A stretch of DNA of 64,000 bases from contig NC_086110.1 in the NCBI RefSeq assembly GCF_963921235.1, forward strand, positions 372,001-436,000, read 5' to 3'. This DNA is from Mobula hypostoma (Eukaryota). The notes under the pieces are model-generated. The model did no database searches, had not been told where the DNA came from, and saw nothing but the letters and a program-made list of their open reading frames with translations. A program made the position numbers and the translations under genes. Below are positions 13,022 to 26,020 of this stretch, piece after piece. Position 1 is the first letter of the stretch. Every line of letters begins with the position of its first letter.

Positions 13022-13389
13022 ATTTCGAGAGTAGTTGAATTGTCAAGGCAAAGAGTGAAGGGAAATTGCGTTGATGTACTCTTTGAAAATTGAAAGTTTG
13101 GGCGGAATCGCCCGGCCTTGTCACGTACTATCTGACAACGATGAGGCTTCATGCGAATCGATGAGATGAAATTTAAGAACGTTTGTTCTTTAACGTTGAA
13201 GCCTCGTTAAAGACCCTTTGGGCCAACAGTTACAACATCGGAGAGAGAACGGGGAGCGAATGACAAGGTACTGTATTGCCCGAGAATGATAACGTGGAGT
13301 GGGCGAGATTGTGAAGGATCCTGCAGATCAGTGAAACCAGTTGCAGGTGCTGGAAATCTGAACTAAAATCGGAATATATTGCAAATGCT

Positions 13390-14720
13390 CAGCAACTCCT
13401 AAAAAGCCTAGTTCACGCAACCTATTCCCATAAGGCATGCTCCCTAATCCGGGCAACATCCTTGTAAATCTCCTCTGCACCCCTCCTATGGTTTCCACGT
13501 CTTTTCTGTAGTGAAGCGACCAGAAATTAGTACAGCACTCCAAGTGGGGTCTGACCAGAATCCTAGATAGCTGCAACATTCCCTCTCCGCTCCTGAACTT
13601 AATCCCACGATTGATGAAGGCCAATGCACTGTATGTCTTCTTAACCATAGAGTCAACCTGTGTAGCAGCTTTTAGTGTCCTATGGACACGGACCCCAAGA
13701 TCCCTCTGATCCTTCACACTGCCAAGAGTCCTACCATTAATGATATATTCTGCTATCATGTTTGACCTACCAAGATGAACCCACTCACACTTATCTGGGC
13801 TGAACTCCATCTGCCACTTCTCAGCCCAGTTTTGCATCCTATCAATGTCCCGTTGTAACCTCTGACAGCCCTCCACACTGTCCACAACACCCCTAACGTT
13901 TGTGTCTTCAGCAAATTTACTAACCCATCCCTCGACTTCCTCGTCCAGGTCATTTATAAAAAAAAACACAAAGAGAAGGGGTCCCAGAACAGATCCCTTA
14001 AGCACACCACTAGTTACTGGCTTTCATGAAGAATATGACCCTCTACAACCACTCTTTGCCTTCTGGGGCAAGCCAGTTTTGGATCCACAAAACAATGTCC
14101 CCTTGGATCCCATGCCTCCTTACTTTCTCAATAAGCATTGCATGGTGTACCTTATCAAATGCCTTGCTAAAATCCATATAAACGGCTCTACCTTCATCAA
14201 TGTGTTTAGTCATATGCTCAAAAATTCAATCAGGCTCGTAAGGCATGACCTACCTCCGACATAACCATGCTGAATATTCCTAATCATATTATGCTTTTCC
14301 AAATGTTGATAAATCCTGTTTCTCAGAATCTTCTCAATCAACTTGCCAACCACTGAAGTAAGACTCACTGGTCTATTACAAACGCATTTTCTGGGCTATC
14401 CGTACTCCCTTTCTTGAATAAGGGAACAACATGTGCAACCCTCCGATCCTCCGGAACCTCTCCCGGCCTCATTGATGATGCAAAGATCATCGCCAGACAG
14501 TAAGCAATCTGTTCCCCCGCTTCCCACCGTAGCCTGGGGTATTTCCATCAGGACCCTGTGACTTATCCAACTTGATGCTTTCCAAAAGCTCCAGCACATC
14601 GCCTTCCTTAATATCTACATGGTCAAACTTTTCAGTTCACTGCAAGTCATCCCTACAGTCGCCAAGATCCTTTTCTGTAGTGAATACTGAAGCAACATAT
14701 TCACTAACTACCTCTTAATT
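13390..14720 (-). mobile_element. CR1-type LINE fragment (RT)
   Basis: ORF 13328-14005 GSVLGPLLF...FINDLD...WVSKFAEDT. Confidence 0.9.
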
Positions 14721-15450
14721 TCATCAGAGCTATTGAACATGGACAGAAGGAGTTTCTGCTATTGATGTGCTAAACCTGAGGCCATTCTCAGATAAGAAGC
14801 TGTTTATTGCATAAAATGGCAGGTAGGTTCATCTGGGCCAGTGTATGGGTGACCGATTTGGCAGGTTTGACCTGTCAGAGTTGGGTATAACAATGGAACT
14901 CACCTATGGATGAGGTTGAACGCAAAGGACATAAAACGATATTGCTTGGCAGCCCTGGGCTACATCCTTTGGGTACTGAGACAGCTCAGTCAGAAGACGT
15001 TGAGCAAACGAACATAAACCGTCAGAGATTGATTTCATATTGGAAGGAATAAGAATGAATAATTTTGGGAGCACAGGCAGATCAGCTCTCCAGAGACAAA
15101 CCATCGTGGTGTTAGACCTGGACCATGAGGGGCATCTAGCTAGAGTAGACCTTCTTCCCAGGGTACCGTTTCCATTCTTTGAAGGATCATGAGGGGTCAG
15201 GGAAATCTGGTGAGTGTGCACACCTTAGTTAGTTAGTGAAACGACGTGCAGCAATAAACGTTCTGGTCGGTAAATACAGATCCTCTCTATGTCCAACTGA
15301 TTATTACAAAGGGGCAGTCCTTGTAAGACCTCGACCACTACACCACCACGCTCCTTTTATAATCAGCTCTTTTATAAATCTGGATATATTTAAAGCAAGC
15401 GTAATTTCTCCGCAAGAAGAACAGAACCAAGTGAGTCCCTCTTATCCGCC

Positions 15451-15456
15451 TTTATT
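15451..15456 (-). promoter_or_regulatory. Candidate polyadenylation signal (AATAAA) for the Ig-like receptor gene
   Basis: TTTATT on plus, ~500 nt downstream of the TM-exon stop, in non-repeat sequence. Confidence 0.45.
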
Positions 15457-15959
15457 AGAGATGGTTTGCCAATGTTCTTTACGTCCAGCGTGAAATACAG
15501 AGAATTAAACAGTGTGAGTAAATGCACTTCCAGTCTTCACCAGAGCAACAACCAAATATAACCATGTCTGCTCCGCGTTATAAGCATGGCTAACGTGTAC
15601 CATAGTTCTTTGAAGAGAAGCACAATTTGACAAGCAACATGTCATCTGTGAAATTCTCATATTGTAACCCATATCTTTGTTCACCCGTCAATATACTTCA
15701 GCTGCAAGGCGGCTGAATTCATGTGGCTTTCCATCTGAATTTGAATAAGAGAAATAGATGTTTGAACACATTTCCCGACTAATCGTCATTTGAATGGTAT
15801 ATCAGGCCTCTCTGCTCCAGTAAGATGTTGTCTATAACCATTCCTTTATCACTTTAGCATCTCAGGAGTTTGCTGCGGTGTGGCCGTTACTTTCTTTCAC
15901 TTGGAATTGCTTGTTCGGATGAACTGTTAAAAAGCGATTGATCTGGAACTTAGAAGAAG

Positions 15960-16063
15960 TCAACCCTTGTAAGCAAAATAAATAATCAAAGCCCATACGT
16001 GAAATACAAGCGCAGCCAGGGAACCACGCACGATCCAATCAACGGCAATGGCAGCGAAGACAG
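15960..16063 (-). CDS. Probable terminal exon 4 of the Ig-superfamily receptor: transmembrane segment with Arg, minimal tail (AVFAAIAVDWIVRGSLAALVFHVWALIIYFAYKG*)
   Basis: Branch-like CTAAT plus TTCATTTCACAG acceptor; phase-1 entry matches the C1 exon donor; hydrophobic stretch then TGA; too short for the ORF track. Confidence 0.72.
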
Positions 16064-16507
16064 CTGTGAAATGAATATGATATCGGCATTAGGAAGTGAC
16101 ACAGAGAACGAACAAACACACGAGATCAGTTTCTATCGATAAAGTTGTTCTCTGATTATTTTAGGACCCGGCACAACCCTCCGCCCCGATCATTTTTTTT
16201 TTGTTTTATTCCTTTCTTTCACGATTTGGCGATCGTTCGAGAGACCAGCATTTAATTGCCTACCCTCCAGCTGCTCCGAGATGGAATACAGAAAGCAGGG
16301 TCACTTCGAATGTGGGAAATATTTCAATGAACGACTGAAGTATATTTTGTTAATGGTGTACACTGCAACCCAGTGGAGGACATACATGTTTTTGTTTAGG
16401 TTAGAAAATAAGTTGCCCCATCACCAAAGTCGCTTTTGGAATGTCGCAAGATTCAGGACCACTAAGAGTAAACTCACACTGTTAGTGAATGTGCAAATTG
16501 CATAAAC

Positions 16508-17207
16508 NNNNNNNNNNNNNNNNNNNNNNNNNNNNNNNNNNNNNNNNNNNNNNNNNNNNNNNNNNNNNNNNNNNNNNNNNNNNNNNNNNNNNNNNNNNNN
16601 NNNNNNNNNNNNNNNNNNNNNNNNNNNNNNNNNNNNNNNNNNNNNNNNNNNNNNNNNNNNNNNNNNNNNNNNNNNNNNNNNNNNNNNNNNNNNNNNNNNN
16701 NNNNNNNNNNNNNNNNNNNNNNNNNNNNNNNNNNNNNNNNNNNNNNNNNNNNNNNNNNNNNNNNNNNNNNNNNNNNNNNNNNNNNNNNNNNNNNNNNNNN
16801 NNNNNNNNNNNNNNNNNNNNNNNNNNNNNNNNNNNNNNNNNNNNNNNNNNNNNNNNNNNNNNNNNNNNNNNNNNNNNNNNNNNNNNNNNNNNNNNNNNNN
16901 NNNNNNNNNNNNNNNNNNNNNNNNNNNNNNNNNNNNNNNNNNNNNNNNNNNNNNNNNNNNNNNNNNNNNNNNNNNNNNNNNNNNNNNNNNNNNNNNNNNN
17001 NNNNNNNNNNNNNNNNNNNNNNNNNNNNNNNNNNNNNNNNNNNNNNNNNNNNNNNNNNNNNNNNNNNNNNNNNNNNNNNNNNNNNNNNNNNNNNNNNNNN
17101 NNNNNNNNNNNNNNNNNNNNNNNNNNNNNNNNNNNNNNNNNNNNNNNNNNNNNNNNNNNNNNNNNNNNNNNNNNNNNNNNNNNNNNNNNNNNNNNNNNNN
17201 NNNNNNN
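16508..17207. other. Assembly gap (700 N)
   Basis: Run of N; the poly-X ORFs are artefacts. Confidence 1.
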
Positions 17208-17549
17208 TAGAACATTGAATGTTAAGCTTGAACCACGAGTGGCTCCATGCCTGGTATTGAAAGGTAAGGATAGCTGGATCCCCTCTTGTTATCGTATGAC
17301 ACTTTTACAGCGCAAGTCCCTTATCACACCAGGGGATGTTGTTCAGTTCCAGCTGACTGCAGATGCTGAGGAAGCATAAATAGAGTTGAATATAATTTAA
17401 CTTCTTCAGTACGTCCTCTTCATACCGTGTGATGGAAGTGTGATCATTGGTGAAGCAGCTGCCAGAACACTGATGCGGCTCCTAACCTGCCCTGAGGAAC
17501 TTCTTCACTGATGTCATGGGGCTGGGATGATTGAGCTCCAAATCCCTCC

Positions 17550-18620
17550 AGGGAGGCTAACATTAAGATACATGGGGTCCACGGCAAATTGGCTGATTGG
17601 ATTCTGAACTAACTTGCGCAGTAACGATAGAGGGCAGTGGTTGAAGGGATTTTTTTTTCGAACTGGAGGTCTGTAAGAGTGGTGTTCCGCAGGGATCTGT
17701 GCTGGGGACTCTACGGTTTGTGATGTGTAGAAATGACGTGGATGGGTGGATGAATAAGTTTACAATGATACCAAGATTGGTAGAGTTGTGGATAGCGTCG
17801 GGGAGTGGCAAAGAACACAGCGTGTCATCGATCAGTTGCAGTTATAGGTAGATAAATGGTATCTTGGTAGGGCAATTGCAACGAGACAGTACATTGTAAA
17901 GGGAAAGATCCTTAACGGTGTTGCTGAGCAGAACGATCTTGGGGATCCAATTTTATAGCTCCGTGACAGTGGCCACACACGCCAGTACGGTGGTTAAGAA
18001 GGTTTATGGAATACCTCCTTTTATTAGTCGAGGTACTGAATTCAAAAGTCAAGAGATTATGTTGCAACTTCATGTAGCGAAGCCACACCTGGAGTATTTC
18101 ACGCAGTTCTGGTCACCCCAATATAGGAAGAATGTTGAGGCTTTGCAAGGGGGCAGAAGAGTTTTAGAGGGAATGTGCTATCACGAGAGGCTGGGCAACC
18201 TTGGTTGTTTTTTTTTGAGCGGCGGAGGCGGACTGGAGATCTGATAGAGGTTTGTAAGATAGAGGCATAGTAAGAGTTGACAGTAAGTATATTATTCCGA
18301 GGTAGAAACGTCTAATACCAGAGGTTATCCATTGAAGGTGAGAGGGGGTAGTTTCAAAGTGAATGTAAGTTGTAAGTTTTTTACTCAGAGAGTGGGGAAT
18401 TCTTGGAATGCGCTGCCAAGTATGATGGTTGAGTCACCTACATTAAAGGCTTTTAAGGGACGCTTAGAAAGGCATATGAACGCAATGAAGATGAACGGAT
18501 ATAGCATTGTGGAGGTAGGAGGAACCAGCTTATGGGTTTTTTTGATTTACTTTTTGGGGGTTCGGCACAACTCCGTGGGCCGAAAGGCCAGCTTCTCTGC
18601 TGTACTATGTTCTATTTACC
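17550..18620 (+). mobile_element. Degenerate CR1 3' half
   Basis: PHLEYFTQFWSPQYRK and FFTQRVGNSWNALP remnants. Confidence 0.8.
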
Positions 18621-18909
18621 TTGCGTAGTGCACCAAACGATTCTAGCCATTGGGGGACTTTCATCACTAGTCACAGATACCTCGCATGTGGAATTAGATA
18701 TTTTGACCCACGTTTATACAAATGCTACGTTAAGATCTGAATCAGAGACTTCTTGGCAAAACTAGGCACAACTGAGCAGGTCATTAGAGCGCAAGGACCA
18801 CTTGGTAACTCCATAAACGATACCTTTCATCATGTTGAGTAGTGCAATTTGGCTAAATTGTATTTGCAACATTTTATGTAAACAGGATAATCAAGATGTT
18901 CCACTTGCT

Positions 18910-20140
18910 ACATAGAACATAGAACATAGAATAGTACAGCACTGTAGAGGCCCTTCGGCCCACAATGTTGTGCCGACCCTCACCCCTGCCTCCCATATAA
19001 GCCCCCACCTTAGATTCCTCCATATACCTGTCTAGTAGTCTCTTAAACTTCACTAGTATATCTGCCTCCACCACTGACTCAGGCAGTGCATTCCACACAC
19101 CAACCACTCTCTGAGTAAAAAACCTTCCTCTAATATCCCCCTTGAACTTCCCACCCCTTACCTTAAAGCCAGGTCCTCTTGTATTGAGCAGTGGTGCCCT
19201 GGGGAAGAGGCGCTGGCTGTCCACTCTATCTATTCCTCTTATTATCTTGTACACCTCTATTATGTCTCCTCTCATCCTTCTTCTCTCCAAAGAGTAAAGC
19301 CCTAGCTCCCTTAATTTCTGATCATAATGCATACTTTCTAAACCAGGCAGCATCCTCGTAAATCTCCTCTGTACCCTTTCCAATGCTTCCACATCCTTCC
19401 TATAGTGAGGTGACCAGAACTGGACACAATACTCCAAGTGTGGCCTAACCAGAGTTTTATAGAGCTGCATCATTACATCGCGACTCTTAAACTCTATCCC
19501 TCAACTTCTGAAAGCTAACACCCCATAAGCTTTCTTAACTACCCTATCCACCTGTGAGGCAACTTTCAGGGATCTGTGGACATGTACCCCGAGATCTCTC
19601 TGCTCCTCCACACTACCAAGTATCCTGCCATTTATTTTGTACTCTGCCTTGGAGTTTGTCCTTCCAAAGTGTACCACCTCACACTTCTCCAGGTTGAACT
19701 CCATCTGCCACTTCTCAGCCCACTTTTGCATCCTATCAATGTCTCTCTGCAATCTTTGACAATCCTCTACACTATCTACAACACCACCAACCTTTGTGTC
19801 ATCTGCAAACTTGCCAACCCACCCTTCTACCCCCACATCCAGGTCATTAATAAAAATCACGAAAAGTAGAGGTGCCAGAACAGATCCTTGGAGGACACCA
19901 CTAATCACAATCCTCCAATCTGAATGTACTCCCTCCACCACCACCCTCTGCCTTCTGCAGGCAAGCCAATTCTGAATCCACCTGGCCAAACTTCCCTCGA
20001 TCCCATGCCTTCTAACTTTCTGAATAAGCCTACCGTGTGGAACCTTGTCAAATGCCTTAGTAAAATCCATATAGATCACATCCACTGCACTACCCTCATC
20101 TATATGTCTGGTCACCTCCTCAAAGAACTCTATCAGGCAA
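18910..20140 (-). mobile_element. Relatively young 5'-truncated CR1 with (CATAGAA)n tail
   Basis: ORFs 19501-20208 and 18874-19473 give near-continuous RT C-terminus; tail at ~18910-18930. Confidence 0.92.
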
Positions 20141-20519
20141 AACAAAATTCGGCCCAAATGGACAATTGTGACCAGTGGGCACTCTTCCATATTAATCACA
20201 TCGCACAAATGTTCCTAAGAGATTCAAGTGTTCACTTATATAAATATTTTCAGCAATGAGAAGTTTAAGGAGAACTTGAGGGGAAACCTTCATTCAGATG
20301 GCTGTGAGAGTGTGGAGCCACCTGCCAGCACAGGTGGTGCATGCAAGCTACATCTCAATGTTTAAGAAAAGTTTGGATAAGCACATAGATAGAAGGGGCA
20401 CAGAGGGCTATGAACCCAGTGCAGGTCAATAGGAGTAGGTGGTTTAAATGTTTCGTTACGGACTAGATAGGCCGAAGGGCCTGTTTCTGTTCTGTACTTT
20501 CTACATTTCTATGGTTCTA

Positions 20520-21050
20520 ATCCAGCTTCAAGAATCCTCTCTGGCCACAATTCTCTGGATGATGAAAGTGTCCCTCAAATTCCTTTTCTCTTGTCTGAAA
20601 CCCCTGTCTTCTGTGTCGGAAATCAATAAGTCACGTTCAATTCTATCTGCAATTTCTCAGCAAATAATTTGAATTCGCAGACACTGCTGGGTAAATGTTA
20701 TTGTTGTCACTGCATCAGAATGGTTTGACTAATGATGGATCTAGTTTTCCAGCGCAGGGCTTCAGTGTTACAGCTGGGATGTTATCTGACCTGAAGGTCT
20801 CTGTTTTATCCAGTATATTTCTTGACATTATGCAGAATGGATGGGATCAGCTAAAGACCGCAGCATCCGTCGAGGCAGGAGGGTTGGTCGATACTTTAGA
20901 TCAGGTTTCAACATTGGAATCTCTTTTGTCTCTGGCTGCTGACAAGCTTCAGTTATAATGGAAATCTTGGGGTGTAGCCTCGCCCAGCACTTATGACTGA
21001 GGTTGGGACCAAATGCCTCAGCGCTATTGTTAACACGCAGGGCTCTGCTA
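20520..21050 (-). mobile_element. Old CR1/L2-group LINE fragment of a different family
   Basis: Minus frame reads ...ILDKTETFRSDNIPAVTLKPCAGKLDPSLVKPF*, a decayed KAxGPDxIP..LKxCA RT N-terminal motif. Confidence 0.6.
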
Positions 21051-21289
21051 TTGATGTGGGTGGTATGAGATTGGAACTTCCTCTTTCTGTTGACTATTTA
21101 ATTGTCCAAACCCATTGAACCCTACATGTTACAAAAATGCAGACATGTGATCATCCCCGTGGTTGATTTAATCTCTTAAAATTACATATCCTGTCTTTCT
21201 TTGCTTTCTTGCACCTCTCCTTAAGTCTGTCTCTCTTAATTGTCCGAGTACAGCGCACAGTCCTACCAGTCCTACTTATGCATCTTGTC

Positions 21290-21535
21290 CCAGACCCGAC
21301 ACTTGGGTTTCCTCCATGTGCTCCGATTTCCTACATCCCAAAATATATGCGGTTAGTAGGCAACATGGCCAAGGTGAATTGCCCTCGTTTAGGCGAGTGG
21401 TTGAATCTGCGGGCAGTAGACGGGATGAATTATACGAGATTATTGTGGGATTAATATCAATGAGTGGATGGTGGCGAGCACCGACTTGACAGCGGAAGGG
21501 CCAGACTCTGTGCTTTACTTCTCTGTGACTCTGGC
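21290..21535 (+). mobile_element. V-SINE/HE1-like SINE, degenerate
   Basis: GGGTTTCCTCCATGTGCTCCGATTTCCT core; 3' end GAAGGGCC...TGTGCT like the CR1 tail. Confidence 0.7.
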
Positions 21536-21779
21536 GTCACGTTTGCAACATGAGTTCCAATTCTCTAAGATGGAACCATCACCGATTGAACATTCCACTC
21601 ATCACCTCAGCAGCGCACAGGTATCTGGTTATGGCTGCTGATTCTCGAGATGTTTATTGTAGACATTAGTGGGACTGGGTTGAAGGAGTTGAAGAAGCTC
21701 AGTGCTCCGGGGTTCCGTTGTTTTTTGACGTGATGGAGAAGAAGTGATTGAAAGAGGAGTGTCATTACTAGTCAGGGGA

Positions 21780-23780
21780 AATGTCCCAGTTGTGCTCAAA
21801 CTAGACAAACTGGAGAGCTCGTCTAAAGAGTCTGCATAGTGGAACTGAGGAATAAGAAAGGATTCATCATGTTAGCGTGGTTATATTATAGACAACTAAA
21901 TAGTCAGAAACATAAAATTGTGATAGAAGGTGACTTTTGTTTCACACATTTTGACTGCGACTGTCATACTGTCAGGGGACTGGATGGCATCGCGTTTGTC
22001 AAATGTGTTCAACTAGGGAGACTGCGATACTGGATATCCTATTAGGAAATGAGACAGGGTAAGTGGCAGATATGTGTGTAGCGGGACCCGCCGGATAGTG
22101 ATCATAGTTCCATTAGTTTTAAGATAATTATGGAGAAGGATATGTCTGGTCCTCGGATTCAGATTCTAAATTGGAGAAAGACCGACGTTCAAGGAATCGG
22201 AAGCGATATGGCACTGTCGATTGGGATAGGATGATTTATAGAAAAGATGTGCTTGGTAAGTGGGTGTCCTTCACATGTGAAATTTTGAGAATACAACGTT
22301 TATATGTTACTGTCAGAATATTAAGTAAGGGTACCACGTTTAGGTAACATTGGTTTTTGAGAGATATTGAAGCACTAATTCTGAAAAATAAGGAGGTGCA
22401 AAACAGGTATAGGCATCAAAGAACAGGTAAGGTACCTGGAGAATGTAAGAAATGGAAACAAACACTTACAGAATTCAAGAGGGTTAAAGGTAGACATGAA
22501 CTTGCTCTAGCAGAGAAAGTGAAGGCGAATCCCAAAGGATTCAACAGATATATTAAGAGCAAAAGGGTAGCAAGGGACAAAATTGGCCGTCTTGAAGATC
22601 AACGTTGCATTCTATGCATGGAGCCGCTTTAATGAAATTTTGCATCACTATTTACTCAGAAGATGGACTTGCAATCTATAGAACGGCATCATGGAAGGTA
22701 TAAGGGTTACAGAGGAGCAGGAGGAGGTGCTTGCTATCTTGAAGCAAATTATGGTGGATAATTCCCCAGGGCCAGACAAGGTGTTCCTTCGGATCTCCTG
22801 TGAGTCTAGTGCAGAAATTGCCGGGGACTTAGCCGAGGTATTTAAAAATCCTTAGGAGAATTGCTGGATAGCTAATACTGTTTCATTGTACAACATATCA
22901 TTTTAAAGCTGTCAGAATAAGCGGTGAAATTATGGGCCGATGAGCTTGACATCAGTAGTGGGAAGTTATTGGAAGGTATTGTAAGGTACCGGATATGTAA
23001 GTATTTCAATAGCCAGGGCCTGATTAGGGGATGTTACCATGGCTTTTGTACGTGAAAAGTCTTGTCTATCCAATTTTTTAGAGTTTTTCCGAGACTTTTA
23101 CCAGGTAGGTTGATGAAGAGAAATGTAGCGGATGTTGTCGTCATGGACTTTGACAAGATTCCTCATAGGACATTGCTCTAGTAAGTTCAATCGCTTGGCA
23201 TTCAGGATTAGGTGAAACTGGATTCACCATCGGCTTTGCGGGAGAAGCCAAAGAGTGTAGATTGTTACCTCCCTGACTGGAGGTCTGGGACTAGCGGGCT
23301 GCTGCAGGGATCGGTGCTGGGTCATTGTTTGTTTGTCATCTCTATCAACGTCCTGAATTAGAGTGTAGTAAACAGGGTCAATAAATTTGCTGATGACACC
23401 CAGATTAGGCTCGTGGTGAACAGCAAGAAGTTTATCCAAGGTTACAGCAGAATTTGGATCAGCTCAAAACATGTGCTGAAAATGGCAGCTAGAGTCTAAT
23501 GCAGACAATCATGAGGCTGGGAGGACAATCTCCTTGCTTTTACATTCTATCCACCGTGCGACTTAAACAGTGAAGACTACGGGACTGAGAAGTGAGGTAG
23601 AACAGAGGGTTCTGGGAATACAAATCCATTATTCCTTCAAAATTCTGACACAGATAGATAAGGTGGGAAAGAGAGCTTCTGGCACATTGGCCTTCATAAA
23701 TGAGAGTACAGAATACAGGAGTTGGGATGTTATGATAAAGTTATGTAAGCCGTTACTGAGGCCAAATATGGAACATTAAA
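21780..23780 (+). mobile_element. Degenerate CR1 ORF2
   Basis: VELRNKKG, KANPKGFNRYIKSKR and RT remnants in order. Confidence 0.8.
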
Positions 23781-25342
23781 ATTATAATACCATAAGATAT
23801 TGGAACAGAACTAGACCATTTGGCCCATCGAGTCTGTTCTAGTATTGCATCATGGGTGATTTATTACCCTCTCAACCCCAGTCTTCTGCTTTTTTCCCTA
23901 TTCCCATCATGCTTTGACTAATCAAGAATTTGTCAACCTGTGCCTTAAATATACCCAATGTCTCGGATACCACAGCCCCCTGTGGCAATGAATTCCAGAA
24001 ATACACCACTCCCTATCTGAATAAATTCTTTCACATCTTCGTTCTAGATAGGTGCACCTCTATACAAAGGTATTGTCCTATTGTGTTAGTATCCACCAAC
24101 ATAGAAAAGATCATCTCCACGTCCATTCTGTCAAGGCCTTTCAATTTTCGGTATGCTTCAATGAGATCCCCCCTCATACTATCTCTGTTGATCAGAGATA
24201 GTGTCATGGCTTTAGAAAAGGAGGAAGACCTGGAGGGGTTGCTGTCTACAGAGTCTCTGTGAGTGGAAGTTAGGAATAGGAAGGGTTCATAAACTCTACT
24301 GGGTGTTTTTTATAGACCACCCAATAGTAACAGGGACAGCGAGGAGCAAAGAGGGAGACAGATTCTGGAAAGCAGTAATAATAACAGGGTCGTGGCGCTG
24401 CGAGATCTGAATTTCCCAAGTATTGATTGGCTTCTCCCTAGAGTGAGAAGTTTAGATGGGGTGGAGTTTGTTAGGTGTGTTCAGGAAGGTTTCTTGGCAC
24501 AATATGTAGATAAACCTATAAAAGGAGAGGCTGTTTTTGATATGGTATTGGGAAATGAACCTGGTCAGGTGTCAGGTCCCTCAGTGGGAGAGCATTTTGG
24601 AGATAGTGATCATAATTCTATCTCCCTTACCATAGCATTGGAGGGGGATAGGAACAGACAATTCAGGGAACCGTTTAATTGGAGTAAGTGGAAATATGAG
24701 GCTATCAGGCAGGAACTTGCAAGCATAAGTTGGACACAGATGTTCTCAGGGAAACGTACGGAAGAAATGTGGAAAATGTTCGGGGGATATTTGCGTGGGG
24801 TTCTGCGCAGATTCGTTCCAATGGCACAGGGAAAGGATGGTCGAAGACAGCAACTGTGGTATACAAAGGCTGTCGTAAATCTAGTCAAGAAGAAAAGAAG
24901 AGCTTACAAAAGGTTCAAAATACTAGAAAATAATAGAGATCTAGAGGACTATATGGTGAGCAGGAAGGTGCTTAAGAAAGAAATTAGGAGAGCCAGAAGG
25001 GGTCATGAGAAGGCCTTGGCAGATAGGATTGAGAAAAACCCCAAGGCATTCTACAAGTATGTGAAGCGCAAGAGGAAGAGAGTGAGAGAATAGGACCAAT
25101 CAAATGTGACAGTGGAAAAGTGTGCATGGACCCGGAGGAGATAGCGGAGGTACTTAATAAAGACTTTGCTTCAGTATTCTCTATGGAAAAGGATCTTGGC
25201 GACTGTAGGGATGACTTGCAGCGGACTTAAAGATTGAGTATGTTGATATTAAGGAATAAGATGTGCTGGAGATTTTGGAAAAGGTCATGTTGTGTAAGTC
25301 ACCGGCTCCGGATGGAATGTACCCCAGGCTACTGTGGGAAAC

Positions 25343-25765
25343 ATAGTAACATAGAAACATAGAAAATAGGTGCAGGAGCAGGCCATTTGGCCCATCGAGA
25401 CTGCACCACCATTCAGTATGATCACGGCTGATCATCCAACTCAGAACCCTGCACCAGCCTTCCCTCCCTATCCCCTGATCCCTTTAGCCACAAGGGCCAT
25501 ATCTAACTCCCTCTTAAATATAGCCAATGAACTGGCCTCAACTGTTTCCTGTGGCAGAGAATTCCACAGATTCACCACTCTCTGTGTGAAGAAGTTTTTC
25601 TTAATCTCAGTCCTAAAAGGATTCCCCTTTATCCTCAAACTGTGACCCCTCGTTCTGGACTTCACCAACATCGGGAGTGATCTTCCTGCATCTAGCCTGT
25701 CCAATCCCTTTAGGATTTTATACGTTTCAATAAGATCCCCCCTCAATCTTCTAAATTCCAACGAA
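25343..25765 (-). mobile_element. Young CR1 3' fragment (~420 bp), nested
   Basis: ORF 25468-25761 EFRRLRGDLIETYKILKG...; CATAGAAA tail. Confidence 0.88.
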
Positions 25766-26020
25766 TATAAGCCTATATAATAAGCCTAAGTAATAGAAGC
25801 GAGGGAAGAGATCGCAGAGCCTCTGGCGATGATCTTTGCATCATCAATGAGGACGAGATAGGATCCGGAGGATTGGAGGGTTGCGGATGTTGTTCCCTTG
25901 TTCAAGAAAGGGAGTAGGGACAGCCCAGGAAATTATAGATCAGCGAGTCTTATATCAGTGGTTGTTCAGTTGATGGATAAGATCCTGAGAGATAAGAATT
26001 ATGAACATTTGGAGAAGCAT

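Noticed and set aside
14904-15221. 105-aa minus-strand ORF near the TM exon
   Set aside because: Starts at a non-ATG codon with no recognisable domain; only a sub-segment is kept as a speculative exon.
16421-17379. 264-aa and 296-aa ORFs
   Set aside because: Artefacts of the N gap.
18615-18900. Non-repeat island in the long intron with an AAG|GTAAAT donor
   Set aside because: The phase-compatible frame from the best acceptor contains a stop; no Ig or stalk motif.
20520-21050. Apparently unique sequence tested as a missing receptor exon
   Set aside because: Decayed LINE RT motif (SDNIPAVTLKPCA) with stops.
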